DNA of 64,000 nucleotides from NCBI GenBank assembly GCA_002269645.1, contig NIVC01002239.1, forward strand, positions 217,696 through 281,695, read 5' to 3'. Made by a program: the position numbers and the translations under genes. The notes under the pieces were generated by a model. That model saw only the letters and a program-made list of their open reading frames with translations. It did not search any database and was not told where the DNA came from. The stretch comes from Macrostomum lignano (lineage: Eukaryota). Below are positions 48,585 to 60,435 of this stretch, piece by piece (position 1 is the stretch's first letter; each line of letters starts with the position of its first letter).

Positions 48585-51500
48585 ATGAACCGGAGCCGGG
48601 GGTTCGCGCCCGCGACAGCGTCCGCTCTGTGGCTCTGCGTTATTTTCTTTGGCGTGGCTCTCAACTCAGGTGAGCGGCCGTGTGCGATGCTTGACCTTGA
48701 ATTGCGTAAGCAGCCAGGGTCTCCATGGGATTGTGCAGGCAGCCAGGGTTTCCATGGGATTGTGCCGGCAGCCAGGGTTTCCATGGGATTGTGCAGGCAG
48801 CCAGGGTCTCCATGGGATTGTGCAGGCAGCCAGGGTTTCCATGGGATTGTGCAGGCAGCCAGGGTCTCCATGGGATTGTGCAGGCAGCCAGGGTATCCAT
48901 GGGATTGTGCAGGCAGCCAGGGTCTCCATGGGATTGTGCAGGCAGCCAGGGTTTCCATGGGATTGTGCAGGCAGCCAGGGTTTCCATGGGATTGTGCAGG
49001 CAGCCAGGGTCTCCATGGGATTGTGCAGGCAGCCAGGGTTTCCATGGGATTGTGCAGGCAGCCAGGGTCTCCATGGGATTGTGCAGGCAGCCAGGGTATC
49101 CATGGGATTGTGCAGGCAGCCAGGGTATCCATGGGATTGTGGTGCGGAGCAGCCAGGGTCTCCATGGGATTGTGGTGCGGAGCAGCCAGGGTCTCCATGG
49201 GATTGTGGTGCGGGGCAGCCAGGGTTTTGTATGGGATTGGGGTGCGGAGCAGCCAGGGTTTCCATGGGATTGTGGCCTGGAGGAAAGGCGGGCAGCCAGT
49301 GCTTCCAGGGTGTCTATGAGCCATGGATCCAAGGGTCTAAGGAGAGGCCATCAAGGATTATTGGGGCTCAGGCCATTATGTGTAGATGGCCTAGGTCATT
49401 TTGCTGCAAACAAGGTGAAAAATGCTGTCAGTGGAGCTCGAGGGCCCCCAAGTCTTGAGGCTCCGGACTCGAGTGACCCCCGAACCCGCCGCTGAACCCG
49501 CAGGAGCGCTTGCCATCGAGGCGGCCAAGAAGCTGTTCACGGACCTGATGAACCGCACGAACTACAGGTCCTATGTGCGCCCCGTGACCAACCACTCGCA
49601 GCCGGTGCTGCTGTACATGAACCTCAGCCTCACCCAGATCCTTGACGTGGTGAGCTCGCGAACGAAATGCTCTCCGGCCTCAGCAACTCCATATCTTGGC
49701 ATTTTTTCGAATTCCAGGACGAAAAGAACCAGATAGTGACGCTGAACATGTGGGTGTTCCAGCAGTGGTTCGACCCGAACTTCCAGTGGGACCCGAGCCA
49801 CTACGGCAGCATCCACGAGCTGCACGTGCCGTCGGACGAAATTTGGACGCCGGACCTGGTGCTCTATAACAAGTACGGGGTCCGGGCCGCATTCAGCTGC
49901 TAAAACCGGCCGTTCAGCGGCCAATACGGTGTTGCTCAACTGCCAATACTCAGTTGCTCAACTACCAGTTGCTTAACTGCCAGTACTCAGTTGCTCAACT
50001 ACCAGTTGCTTAACTGCCAATACTCAGTTGCTCAACTACCAGTTGCTTAACTGCCAATACTCAGTTGCTCAACTACCAGTTTCTCAACTACCAATACTCA
50101 GTTGCTCAACTACCAATATTTAGTTGCTTAACTACCAATACTCAGTTGCTCAACTACCAATATTTAGTTGCTTAACTACCAATACTCAGTTGCTCAACTA
50201 CCAATACTCAGTTGCTTAGTTACTCATTTATCAAATACTCAGCAGCCAAATCCTCATGTGCACACAACCCCCTTAGCGCCGGTGGCGACTGGGATCTCGG
50301 CAGCTCGGCGAACAAGGTGAACGTCCTGAGCGACGGCACAGTGCTGTGGCGGCCGCCGATCATCTTCAAGAGCCAGTGCGAGATCAACGTGGAGTTTTTC
50401 CCATTCGACACGCAGATCTGCACCCTGAAGCTGGGCACGTGGACCCACAACGGCTACCTCATCGACCTCCGGCACGTGGCCCAGAAGGCCGAGGCCGACC
50501 GGACCGGCATGAAAAACTTCGACAACTGCGAGGCGTTCATCGACTACGCGGTGGACCTCAGCCAGTTTGTGGACAACGTGGAGTGGGACATCCTTGGTGA
50601 GCTGGCTTGATGAGGCTACTTAGCCGGAAGCTGGGAGCTGTTAAATTGAATCAGGTGAAAACTGGATTATTTTGAAGCTGTTAGATAGAAGCCGTTAGAT
50701 GAAAGCTGTAGATGGGGCTGGTAGATGGAAGCTGGTAGATGGAAGCTGGTAGATGGAGCTGGTAGATGGAAGCTGGTACATGGAGTTGGTAGATAGAAGC
50801 TGGTAGATGGAAGTTGGTAGATGGAAGCTATTAGATGGAGCTGATAGATGGAAGCTGGTACATGGAGCTGGTAGATGGAAGCTATTAGATGCAGCTGGTA
50901 GATGGAAGCTGGTACATGGAGCTGGTAGATGGAAGCTATTAGATGGTGCTGGTAGATGGAAGCTGGTACATGGAGCTGGTAGATGGAAGTTGGTAGATGG
51001 AAGCTGGTAGATGGAGCTGGTAGATGGAAGCTGGTAGATGTAAGCTGGTGGATGGAAGTTGGTGGATGGAAGCTGGTAGATGGAAGCTGGTAGATGGAAG
51101 TTGGTGGATGGAAGTTGGTAGATGGAAGCTGGTGGATGGAGCTGGTAGATGGAAGCTGGTAGATGTAAGCTGGTGGATGGAGCTGGTAGATGGAAGCTGG
51201 TGGATGGAGCTGGTAGATGGAAGCTGGTGGATGTAAGCTGGTGGATGGAAGTTGGTGGATGGAAGCTGGTGGATGGAAGTTGGTGGATAGAAGCTGGTAG
51301 ATGTAAGCTGGTGGATGGAAGTTGGTGGATGGAAGCTGGTAGATGGAGCTGGTAGATGGAAGCTGGTAGATGGAAGCTGGTAGATGGAAGCTGGTAGATG
51401 GAGCTGGTAGATGGAAGCTGGTGGATGGAAGTTGGTGGATGGAAGCTGGTGGATGGAAGTTGGTAGATGGAGCTGGTGGATGGAAGTTGGTGGATGGAAG

Positions 51501-54500
51501 TTGGTGGATGGAAGCTGGTAGATGGAAGTTGGTGGATGGAAGTTTGTGGATGGAAGCTGGTAGATGGAAGTTGGTGGATGGAAGTTGGTGGATGGAAGCT
51601 GGTGGATGGAAGCTGGTGGATGGAAGCTGGTGGATGGAAGCTGGTGGATGGAAGCTGGTGGATGGAAGCTGGTGGATGGAAGCTGGTGGATGGAAGCTGG
51701 TGGATGGAAGCTGGTGGATGGAAGCTGGTGGATGGAAGCTGGTGGATGGAAGCTGGTGGATGGAAGCTGGTGGATGGAAGCTGGTGGATGGAAGCTGGTG
51801 GATGGAAGCTGGTGGATGGAAGCTGGTGGATGGAAGCTGGTGGATGGAAGCTGGTGGATGGAAGCTGGTTTTCCACAGATTCGCCCCATGTCGAGAGAGC
51901 TGCACAGAGAAGCACGAACTTCATTCAGCTTGGCTTGCAAGTTCCCGCCTGTCCTTCTATTTTCTAAACCAAACCCTGGCAGAGTTCCCCGCCCTCCTCG
52001 TTGGAGTTTGCCAAGACAGGACCGCCTGACAGCCTGTGCAAACGCCCCCCCCCCTGCTCGTGGATCAGCCAGGCCGGTCAGCTGAGGCCCGCCCGCTTAA
52101 CCCAAACAGACAGTTGCCAAATTGGCTCAGCCAGTGAATCGAATCCTGCCGGCTGAATCCCCATCCGCCCTGACCCGCTGCCCGCCCGCCTGACCACCGA
52201 GGCAGATGAATAAATTCGAGCTGCGGAGAAGGAAAATTGCATTTCCGCGATCTCGGCCTAGGGGGGGGGGCAGAAGACCTCCGGGCGGGACCCCCCGGAC
52301 CTCCCCTCTCTCTCTATTAATTAGCGTTTGAAACAGAGGCGCATGGTGGAGGCAAAACTGCTGGGGATTTCCAGCAAATTGAATTGCTGCCGCCCGGCCG
52401 TCCCCGGCTGAGAAGCCGGGTCACAGCCTCGCCCGTCTCGCCTCCTCTTTGCTGGGGCGCCTCGCCGGGTCCTTCGTGTCTCGGGTGTGGCCCGCTGCAA
52501 ACAGCTCTCTCTCTCCGGGGGGGATTAGCTGGGCCTTGGAATTCGATCTGGAGTTCCGTGCGGACGCTAATCACATTGATTCGCCTCGGAGAGTGCCGTT
52601 TTCCCATTCCCCCCCCCCTGTCCCGGGCGGCGTCCCTCATCTGGCCAAGGTGAGAGCGGCGGGGCGGGGCAGCAGATTTCCCCGCCGGGAGGATTTGCGC
52701 TGGAAACTTTCTGGGGCTGGGGGTGGGCGTGTGGGAGATTTTCTCTGATCCCCGGTGCCGGCCCCGGGCAGCTCAGTGGAGCGCCGATTCTGTGTCGGTC
52801 GGCCAAGGGGAAACTTGAGTGGCCGATCGAGCGGGCCGGCCCTTCAGTATGCAAATAATAACAATAAGCATAGGGCCTGGGCTCAATCAATCGGACAGGG
52901 ACTTAATCATAACTGCGACCCTCACCCGCCCAGCTCACTCCACAGCTCTGAGCTTTGAGCTCTCTTTGAGGGTGTGCTGTGAGCAGAGCTGCTCCTGCGC
53001 TCCCTGCCGCAGCTCAAATCCCGAAATCTTGGGCGCGGGAGATTTCGATCCAGGACTATTGGAGAGGGAACAGTGCTGGACTGAAAATCACTGCTAACTG
53101 TGTATTGGTTAGTAGCGGCTCTCACTGCAGCACCCGGGAAGGGGACAGCGGCTCTCACTGCAGCCCCCGGGAAGGGGACAGCGGCTCTCACTGCAGCACC
53201 CGGGAAGGGGACAGCGGCTCTCACTGCAGCACCCGGGAAGGGACAGCGGCTCTCACTGCAGCCCCCGGGAAGGGGACAGCGGCTCTCACTGCAGCCCCCG
53301 GGAAGGGGACAGCGGCTCTCACTGCAGCACCCGGGAAGGGGACAGCGGCTCTCACTGCAGCCCCGGGAAGGGGACAGCGGCTCTCACTGCAGCCCCCGGG
53401 AAGGGGACAGCGGCTCTCACTGCAGCCCCCGGGAAGGGGACAGCGGCTCTCACTGCAGCACCCGGGAAGGGGACAGCGGCTCTCACTGCAGCCCCCGGGA
53501 AGGGGACAGCGGCTCTCACTGCAGCCCCCGGGAAGGGGACAGCGGCTCTCACTGCAGCCCCCGGGAAGGGGACAGCGGCTCTCACTGCAGCACCCGGGAA
53601 GGGGACAGCGGCTCTCACTGCAGCCCCGGGAAGGGGACAGCGGCTCTCACTGCAGCACCCGGGAAGGGGACAGCGGCTCTCACTGCAGCCCCCGGGAAGG
53701 GGACAGCGGCTCTCACTGCAGCACCCGGGAAGGGGACAGCGGCTCTCACTGCAGCCCCCGGGAAGGGGACAGCGGCTCTCACTGCAGCCCCCGGGAAGGG
53801 GACAGCGGCTCTCACTGCAGCCCCCGGGAAGGGGACAGCGGCTCTCACTGCAGCACCCGGGAAGGGGACAGCGGCTCTCACTGCAGCCCCCGGGAAGGGG
53901 ACAGCGGCTCTCACTGCAGCCCCCGGGAAGGGGACAGCGGCTCTCACTGCAGCACCCGGGAAGGGGACAGCGGCTCTCACTGCAGCCCCCGGGAAGGGGA
54001 CAGCGGCTCTCACTGCAGCACCCGGGAAGGGGACAGCGGCTCTCACTGCAGCCCCGGGAAGGGGACAGCGGCTCTCACTGCAGCACCCGGGAAGGGGACA
54101 GCGGCTCTCACTGCAGCCCCCGGGAAGGGAACAGCGGCTCTCACTGCAGCACCCGGGAAGGGGACAGCGGCTCTCACTGCAGCCCCCGGGAAGGGGACAG
54201 CGGCTCTCACTGCAGCACCCGGGAAGGGGACAGCGGCTCTCACTGCAGCCCCCGGGAAGGGGACAGCGGCTCTCACTGCAGCACCCGGGAAGGGGACAGC
54301 GGCTCTCACTGCAGCCCCCGGGAAGGGGACAGCGGCTCTCACTGCAGCACCCGGGAAGGGGACAGCGGCTCTCACTGCAGCCCCCGGGAAGGGAACAGCG
54401 GCTCTCACTGCAGCCCCCGGGAAGGGGACAGCGGCTCTCACTGCAGCCCCGGGAAGGGGACAGCGGCTCTCACTGCAGCACCCGGGAAGGGGACAGCGGC

Positions 54501-57500
54501 TCTCACTGCAGCCCCCGGGAAGGGGACAGCGGCTCTCACTGCAGCACCCGGGAAGGGGACAGCGGCTCTCACTGCAGCCCCCGGGAAGGGGACAGCGGCT
54601 CTCACTGCAGCACCCGGGAAGGGGACAGCGGCTCTCACTGCAGCCCCCGGGAAGGGAACAGCGGCTCTCACTGCAGCCCCCGGGAAGGGGACAGCGGCTC
54701 TCACGGAGGTCAAATTCGGTTTGTAATTCGCTGTCTTCTAAGCCTCACGTGACCACCGTCCCGCGCCCAGAGGTGACGGCCAAGAGGAACATCCAGATCT
54801 ACCGCTGCTGCCCGGAGCCCTACCTGGACCTGCTGTTCTCGCTGAAGATCCGCCGCAAGACGCTCTTCTACGGCGTGAACCTCATCTGCCCGTGCCTGGC
54901 CATCAGCTTCCTCACCATCCTCGTCTTCTACCTGCCCGGCGACTCTGGCGAGAAGATGTCCCTGTCAATCAACATCCTGCTGTCACTCACCGTGTTCTTC
55001 CTGCTCATCTTCGACATCTGCCCACCGACCTCTCTGGTGGTGCCGCTCATACTCAAGTACCTGCTGTTCACTATGATCCTGGTCACGCTGTCCGTCATGG
55101 CCACGGTCATAGTGCTCAACGTGCACTGGCGGTCCCCGGACACGCACATCATGGCACCCTGGGTTCGCCAGGTGTTCCTGCACACCTTGCCGAAACTGCT
55201 GTTCATGAAGAAGCCCGACAACAGGGAGGGCACTGAAGATGCCAAGGTTGGTCATTCCTGACCCAATCCAGTTCTTGCTGACCCTTCCTGACCCAATCCA
55301 GTTCTTGCTGACCCTTCCTGACCCAATCCAGCCATAGACAATTCTTAACCCAGTGACCCATTCTGCCAGCCCAGACCTCTCCAAATCAAATTGAGCAAAT
55401 CCCGCCATGAGTCAATGAGCCACAATCCTGACCCACTCCGACCCGCCACCGACACACCGACAGCTCGATGAGCGCGCACCCGGCAGCCTCGGCCAGACGG
55501 CGCACCAGCAGCAGCCTGGCTGGCAGTTCAACTGGCGGAGCTTCGACGAGTGTCGCTACGGCGACGGCGGCGGCTGCGGCGAGGTTGGCTGCGACCACGG
55601 CATCGCCTGCGACGTCGAGATGGCGCTGACTGGTGTCAGGAACATCTCCAGCCACTTGAAGTTTCTTGAGCGGAACACCACTGTAAGTTCTGGACCGCTG
55701 ACCCACTATGCAGTCTCAGTGGTCAGGATAGCATGTCCCTGACCCACTATGCAGTCTCAGGGGTCAGGATAGCATGTCCCTGACCCACTATGCAGTCTCA
55801 GGGGTCAGGATAGCATGTCCCTGACCCACTATGCAGTCTCAGGGTCAGGATAGCATGTCCCTGACCCACTATGCAGTCTCAGGGGTCAGGATAGCATGTC
55901 CCTGACCCACTATGCAGTCTCAGGGGTCAGGATAGCATGTCCCTGACCCACTATGCAGTCTCAGGGGTCAGGATAGCATGTCCCTGACCCACTATGCAGT
56001 CTCAGGGGTCAGGATAGCATGTCCCTGACCCACTATGCAGTCTCAGGGGTCAGGATAGCATGTCCCTGACCCACTATGCAGTCTCAGGGGTCAGGATAGC
56101 ATGTCCCTGACCCACTATGCAGTCTCAGGGGTCAGGATAGCATGTCCCTGACCGGATGCAAGGGTGGCATCACTCGCAGCTCAGAGCTGCTACCCTATCA
56201 CAGCATTTTTATGCAAGCAGCTTATTCAACTGTTGTTAAACTCTCATCTGCACCGGCCCATGAGCATTTTGCCAGAGGGCAATCACGCAATTTGTCTCGC
56301 TCTGGCGGCAAAGTTGCTTTACTTGTGCTGGTGGTGGCGAAGGCACAGACCTTCTGGGCTCTTCAACTATTTCACCAATCCTTGCCAAATTGTCAAATTT
56401 TATGTTAAGGAGCTGAATTATCGATCAGGTTGTTCCCTAGTTGCAGTCTAGGGGCTTGTAGCCTAGTGGTTCGAGCGTCGGACTCACGACTAGAGGTCGG
56501 AGGTTCGATTCTCGACCCACTGGAAACAATCTGTGTCCTTGAGGAAGACACTTAACTCTGCACTGCTTCAATTCACCCAGCTGTAAAATGGGTTACCAGC
56601 ATTAGCTGGGGTAATTGAGGGTGCGTGTGGCGACCCCCCCCCTCCCCCCAGTCCTTGGACTGAACAGCCGTACGCAGCTTTCAGATGTGCCGCGCAATAG
56701 CTGCGGCTGAGATTTCGACTGCACATCTGGCCATTAGGGCACTTAAATTACTTACTCTTAGTTAAAACCGAAGCTGGAGGGCGCAGGCCAACTTCATTCT
56801 GCGTCTTACTGGGAGTGCTTCAATATCTCGACTATCTTGCATGCTAATCTGATCTGATCTGGCTTCCCCTCTTGAGCAGCCGCTCAGGGCTGAGTTCGAT
56901 CCCGTTCCCGGCACCTCCAGCTCATTTGCCAATGTTGGCCTGCAGCCCCGGACCGGCTGAGCAAACCTGCTGATTTTCAAACAGAAACTAAAACAAACTT
57001 TGCCTCCCCCCGAAATGTGAGACCAAAGCCGATTTGCCGCTTGCAGATTCGGGACGAATGGAAGTACGTGGCCGTGGTGCTGGACCGGCTGTTCATGTGG
57101 CTCTTCAGCAGCGCCGCTGTTATTGGCAAGTTTCTGCGACTCATTTAGGAACTTTCGGAGATCTATACCAACCGCCAAAGAACTATCAGCAAAGGGACAA
57201 TCGGCCCCTTTGTAACACCAACCAAAGAACTACCATCAAAGGGACAATCGGCCCCTTTGTAACACCAACCAAAGAACTACCATCAAAGGGACAATCGACC
57301 CCTTTGTAACACCAACCAAAGAACTACCATCAAAGGGACAATCGGCCCCTTTGTAACGCCAACCAAAGAACTACCATCAAAGGGACAATCGGCCCCTTTG
57401 TAACGCCAACCAAAGAACTACCATCAAAGGGACAATCGGCCCCTTGGTAACGCCAACCAAAGAACTACCATCAAAGGGACAATCGGCCCCTTTGTAACGC

Positions 57501-58979
57501 CAACCAAAGAACTACCATCAAAGGGACAATCGGCCCCTTTGTAACACCAACCAAAGAACTACCATCAAAGGGACAATCGGCCCCTTGGTAACGCCAACCA
57601 AAGAACTACCATCAAAGGGACAATCGGCCCCTTTGTAACACCAACCAAAGAACTACCATCAAAGGGACAATCGGCCCCTTTGTAACACCAACCAAAGAAC
57701 TACCATCAAAGGGACAATCGGCCCCTTTGTAACACCAACCAAAGAACTACCATCAAAGGGACAATCGGCCCCTTTGTAACACCAACCAAAGAACTACCAT
57801 CAAAGGGACAATCGGCCCTTTGTAACACCAACCAAAGAACTACCATCAAAGGGACAATCGGCCCCTTTGTAACACCAACCAAAGAACTACTAGCAAAGGG
57901 ACAATCGACCCCTTTGTAACACCAACCAAAGAACTACCATCAAAGGGACAATCGGCCCCTTGGTAACGCCAACCAAAGAACTACCATCAAAGGGATAATC
58001 GGCCCCTTTGTAACACCAACCAAAGAACTACCAGCAAAGGGACAATCGGCCCCTTTGTAACACCAACCAAAGAACTACTAGCAAAGGGACAATCGACCCC
58101 TTTGTAACACCAACCAAAGAACTACCATCAAAGGGACAATCGGCCCCTTTGTAACACCAACCAAAGAACTACCATCAAAGGGACAATCGGCCCCTTTGTA
58201 ACACCAACCAAAGAACTACCATCAAAGGGACAATCGGCCCCTTTGTAACACCAACCAAAGAACTACCATCAAAGGGACAATCGGCCCCTTTGTAACACCA
58301 ACCAAAGAACTACCATCAAAGGGACAATCGGCCCCTTTGTAACACCAACCAAAGAACTACTAGCAAAGGGACAATCGACCCCTTTGTAACACCAACCAAA
58401 GAACTACCATCAAAGGGACAATCGGCCCCTTGGTAACGCCAACCAAAGAACTACCATCAAAGGGATAATCGGCCCCTTTGTAACACCAACCAAAGAACTA
58501 CCAGCAAAGGGACAATCGACCCCTTTGTAACACCAACCAAAGAACTACTAGCAAAGGGTTCATCTGTCCCTTGTAAAGGCCAGTTCAAAATCACCGCTCG
58601 TAGCTCCACATGTTATCAATTTATAGTTGGTTCAGGCAAATTTTTAGAACTGATCTGAACAAGTTTTGACCACTCAGAGCTACTATTAGTAATGAGAACG
58701 GATTAAATGTATTAGTAAAAATTACAATAGGCCGTTTAAACAACCAACTATTAAAAATATCGAAAGCGCAGCAGCAGACATTAGAAACTTACAGAGTTAT
58801 CAACATGATACTGGCAGTAGTAAGTACAGCGCGCACTCTCACCCGAAACAGGCGCAGTGGGCATCTTCATGCAGGCGCCAAGCCTCACGGACTACACGGA
58901 CCAGCTGACCAGGTACAACACGCAGGACCGCATAGCAACCATACAGCGGAACTGCAGCGGCTCCAAGAGCAAAGTCTGA
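48585..58979 (+). CDS. CHRNA: Nicotinic acetylcholine receptor alpha subunit (8 exons, about 535 aa, cation-type M2)
   Basis: Exons 48585-48669, 49504-49649, 49718-49872, 50277-50596, 54771-55246, 55464-55682, 57047-57125 and 58852-58979; total 1608 nt, phases match. Features: signal peptide, [10 protein letters not shown], Cys-loop [22 protein letters not shown], loop [29 protein letters not shown], and [17 protein letters not shown]. Confidence 0.95.
48709..49275. repeat. 29-bp minisatellite, about 19 copies, nAChR intron 1
   Basis: Unit gggattgtgcaggcagccagggtctccat. Confidence 0.93.
49933..50220. repeat. About 18-22-bp minisatellite, nAChR intron 3
   Basis: Units of ctcagttgctcaactacca(ata). 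Confidence 0.88.
50700..51868. repeat. 14-bp minisatellite, about 80 copies, nAChR intron 4
   Basis: Unit gg(t)(a/g)gatggaagct; more degenerate on the left and homogeneous on the right. Confidence 0.95.
53116..54705. repeat. 33-bp GC-rich minisatellite, about 48 copies, nAChR intron 4
   Basis: Unit cggctctcactgcagc(a/c)cccgggaaggggacag, with the a and c variants often alternating. Confidence 0.96.
55255..55332. repeat. 30-bp repeat, about 2.5 copies, nAChR intron 5
   Basis: Unit acccaatccagttcttgctgacccttcctg. Confidence 0.85.
55699..56152. repeat. 41-bp minisatellite x11 with an internal inverted repeat, nAChR intron 6
   Basis: Unit cctgacccactatgcagtctcaggggtcaggatagcatgtc; cctgaccc pairs with gggtcagg. 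Confidence 0.95.
56451..56635 (+). mobile_element. tRNA-derived SINE with a CORE/Meta-like central domain
   Basis: A-box gtagcctagtggttcgagcg, B-box ggttcgattct, then gtgtccttgaggaagacacttaactct...cacccagctgtaaaatggg. Confidence 0.8.
57171..58558. repeat. 47-bp minisatellite, about 29.5 copies, with a 470-bp higher-order duplication, nAChR intron 7
   Basis: Unit aaccaaagaactaccatcaaagggacaatcggcccctttgtaacacc; variant patterns recur 470 bp apart. Confidence 0.95.
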
Positions 58980-59082
58980 CATCGCTACTACACTAAAGTA
59001 CAAAGTACACAATTTGAACAAACTTTCAACCGTGCAACGCGTATAGAATTGAATTTTTCGCTGATGTTAGTACTAACAGTAG

Positions 59083-59556
59083 CTGGGGCGTCGCTATGAA
59101 TTTTATGGTGGGGGACAAAGCCAATAATTCTACTCTAATAATTCTAGGCTCTCATCTTAGCGCCATAGACTCTCATCTTGGCGCCGCAGGCACTCATTTT
59201 GGCGCCGCTGGCACTCATTTTGACGCCGCAGGCTCTCATCTTGGCGCCGCAGGCACTCATTTTGGCGCCGCTGGCACTCATTTTGGCGCCGCAGGCTCTC
59301 ATCTTGGCGCCACAGACACTCATTTTGGCGCCACAGATACTCATTTTAGCGCCGCAGGCACTCATTTTGGCGCCGCTGGCACTCATTTTGGCGCCGCAGT
59401 CACTAATTTTGGCATATTTTAGCGCCATGATGCAAAATTTTTGATTTCCACAACGGGTCAGCATGGTTGGGGAGGGGGGCAAAGCATTGGCATGTCCCCC
59501 CCATAGATTTTACTGGGGAACTTGTCCCCCCTGTCCCCCAGGTGGCGACGCCCCTG
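59083..59556. mobile_element. MITE-like element with short TIRs, an agtag TSD and an internal 21-bp tandem array
   Basis: Left end ctggggcgtcgc and right end gcgacgcccctg are inverted with 1 mismatch. agtag flanks both sides (59078-59082 and 59557-59561). Internal cgccgcaggcactcattttgg occurs about 13 times at 59145-59430. Confidence 0.75.
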
Positions 59557-59874
59557 AGTAGTGGAATTTCGTAGTGCAGCAGACTGTACTGGCATCGGCA
59601 GAAATAGAATTCTTAAACATTTTAAGCAACAAAATTCATGGTGTGATAAAAACTGCTATAGTTTTTTCGTTATCAATCATCTCAATACCCGAAATACAAT
59701 GTTCTCGAATCCTAAACTGGCTCTTTCTCTGACAATTCCTAGGCTTCAAAACCCAGTTTATAAAATAAAAATTTACTCAACTATACGCGAGTTTTGTTGT
59801 TTTTAACACCAGCAAGTCCCGTAAATCCCTGTTCCACCAACAGGGATCTCTCGAAGGGGGGCGTAGCCCAGTGG

Positions 59875-60095
59875 TCGTGCAAATAATGAACTTGAGGGCC
59901 AAACCCCAAGGCGCAGTAAAGTGTACATGTCTAACGACAAACAAAGTTAGGGCCGCTGTACACTCCTGTGTAGTGTGTGCCGGCGCGTATGACTGCGTAC
60001 GTATCCGCACGCTTGTACGTATATGTGTGCATTGTGTGCCTGCTCAGGGGATTCGGCAGAATGGGCAGCAATGCCGGTTGTGTGACAATATCGGT
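59875..60095 (-). mobile_element. Interspersed repeat, copy 2 (inverted relative to 19258-19455)
   Basis: Shared blocks as listed for copy 1. Confidence 0.7.
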
Positions 60096-60435
60096 TAAGT
60101 TTCTCAGTTCTTCTCAAACTGCACTCAATGTATGCATGTGCGTAATGTAGAGTTAAGGCTTGAACTACCACTTGCATACTTACTCGTACACAGGTGGGCT
60201 CATAGCGCTGCTCTTGACTTTGGTTGAGTCTTCTTCAAGTGATTTTTCTTTCCGCTTTCACCTTCATGGCATTGATTCTATCTACAGTTTAGTTAGTACT
60301 TAAATAAATGAACAGAAGGCAGATTTTTAGATCATCTCTTCGATCGCGAATCGAACATATTATATTTGGATGCTCGAAAACCGAGTGGTAGGATCTAAGA
60401 TAGCCAACTTAATTCTCTGAAGCAAAATTATTTGC

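Noticed and set aside
48536-49495. Multiple 200-270-aa ORFs on both strands
   Set aside because: Products of the 29-bp array in nAChR intron 1; only exon 1 (48585-48669) is coding.
50667-52085. [13 protein letters not shown] and WKLVDGSWW ORFs of 170-410 aa
   Set aside because: Products of the 14-bp array in nAChR intron 4.
52979-54770. 760-aa and 550-aa ORFs with [21 protein letters not shown] repeats
   Set aside because: They are read-through of a 33-bp intronic minisatellite. Only 54771-55246 is a real nAChR exon, with its own acceptor and correct phase.
38615-58558. Regular short-period arrays as possible CRISPR loci
   Set aside because: Units are head-to-tail with no unique spacers, lie inside spliceosomal introns, and no cas genes are present.
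18962-58979. Functional cluster linking choline synthesis (ATRR-like) to the acetylcholine receptor
   Set aside because: The genes are about 23 kb apart with an unrelated helicase and transposons between them. Nothing in the sequence indicates co-regulation, so proximity is probably coincidental.
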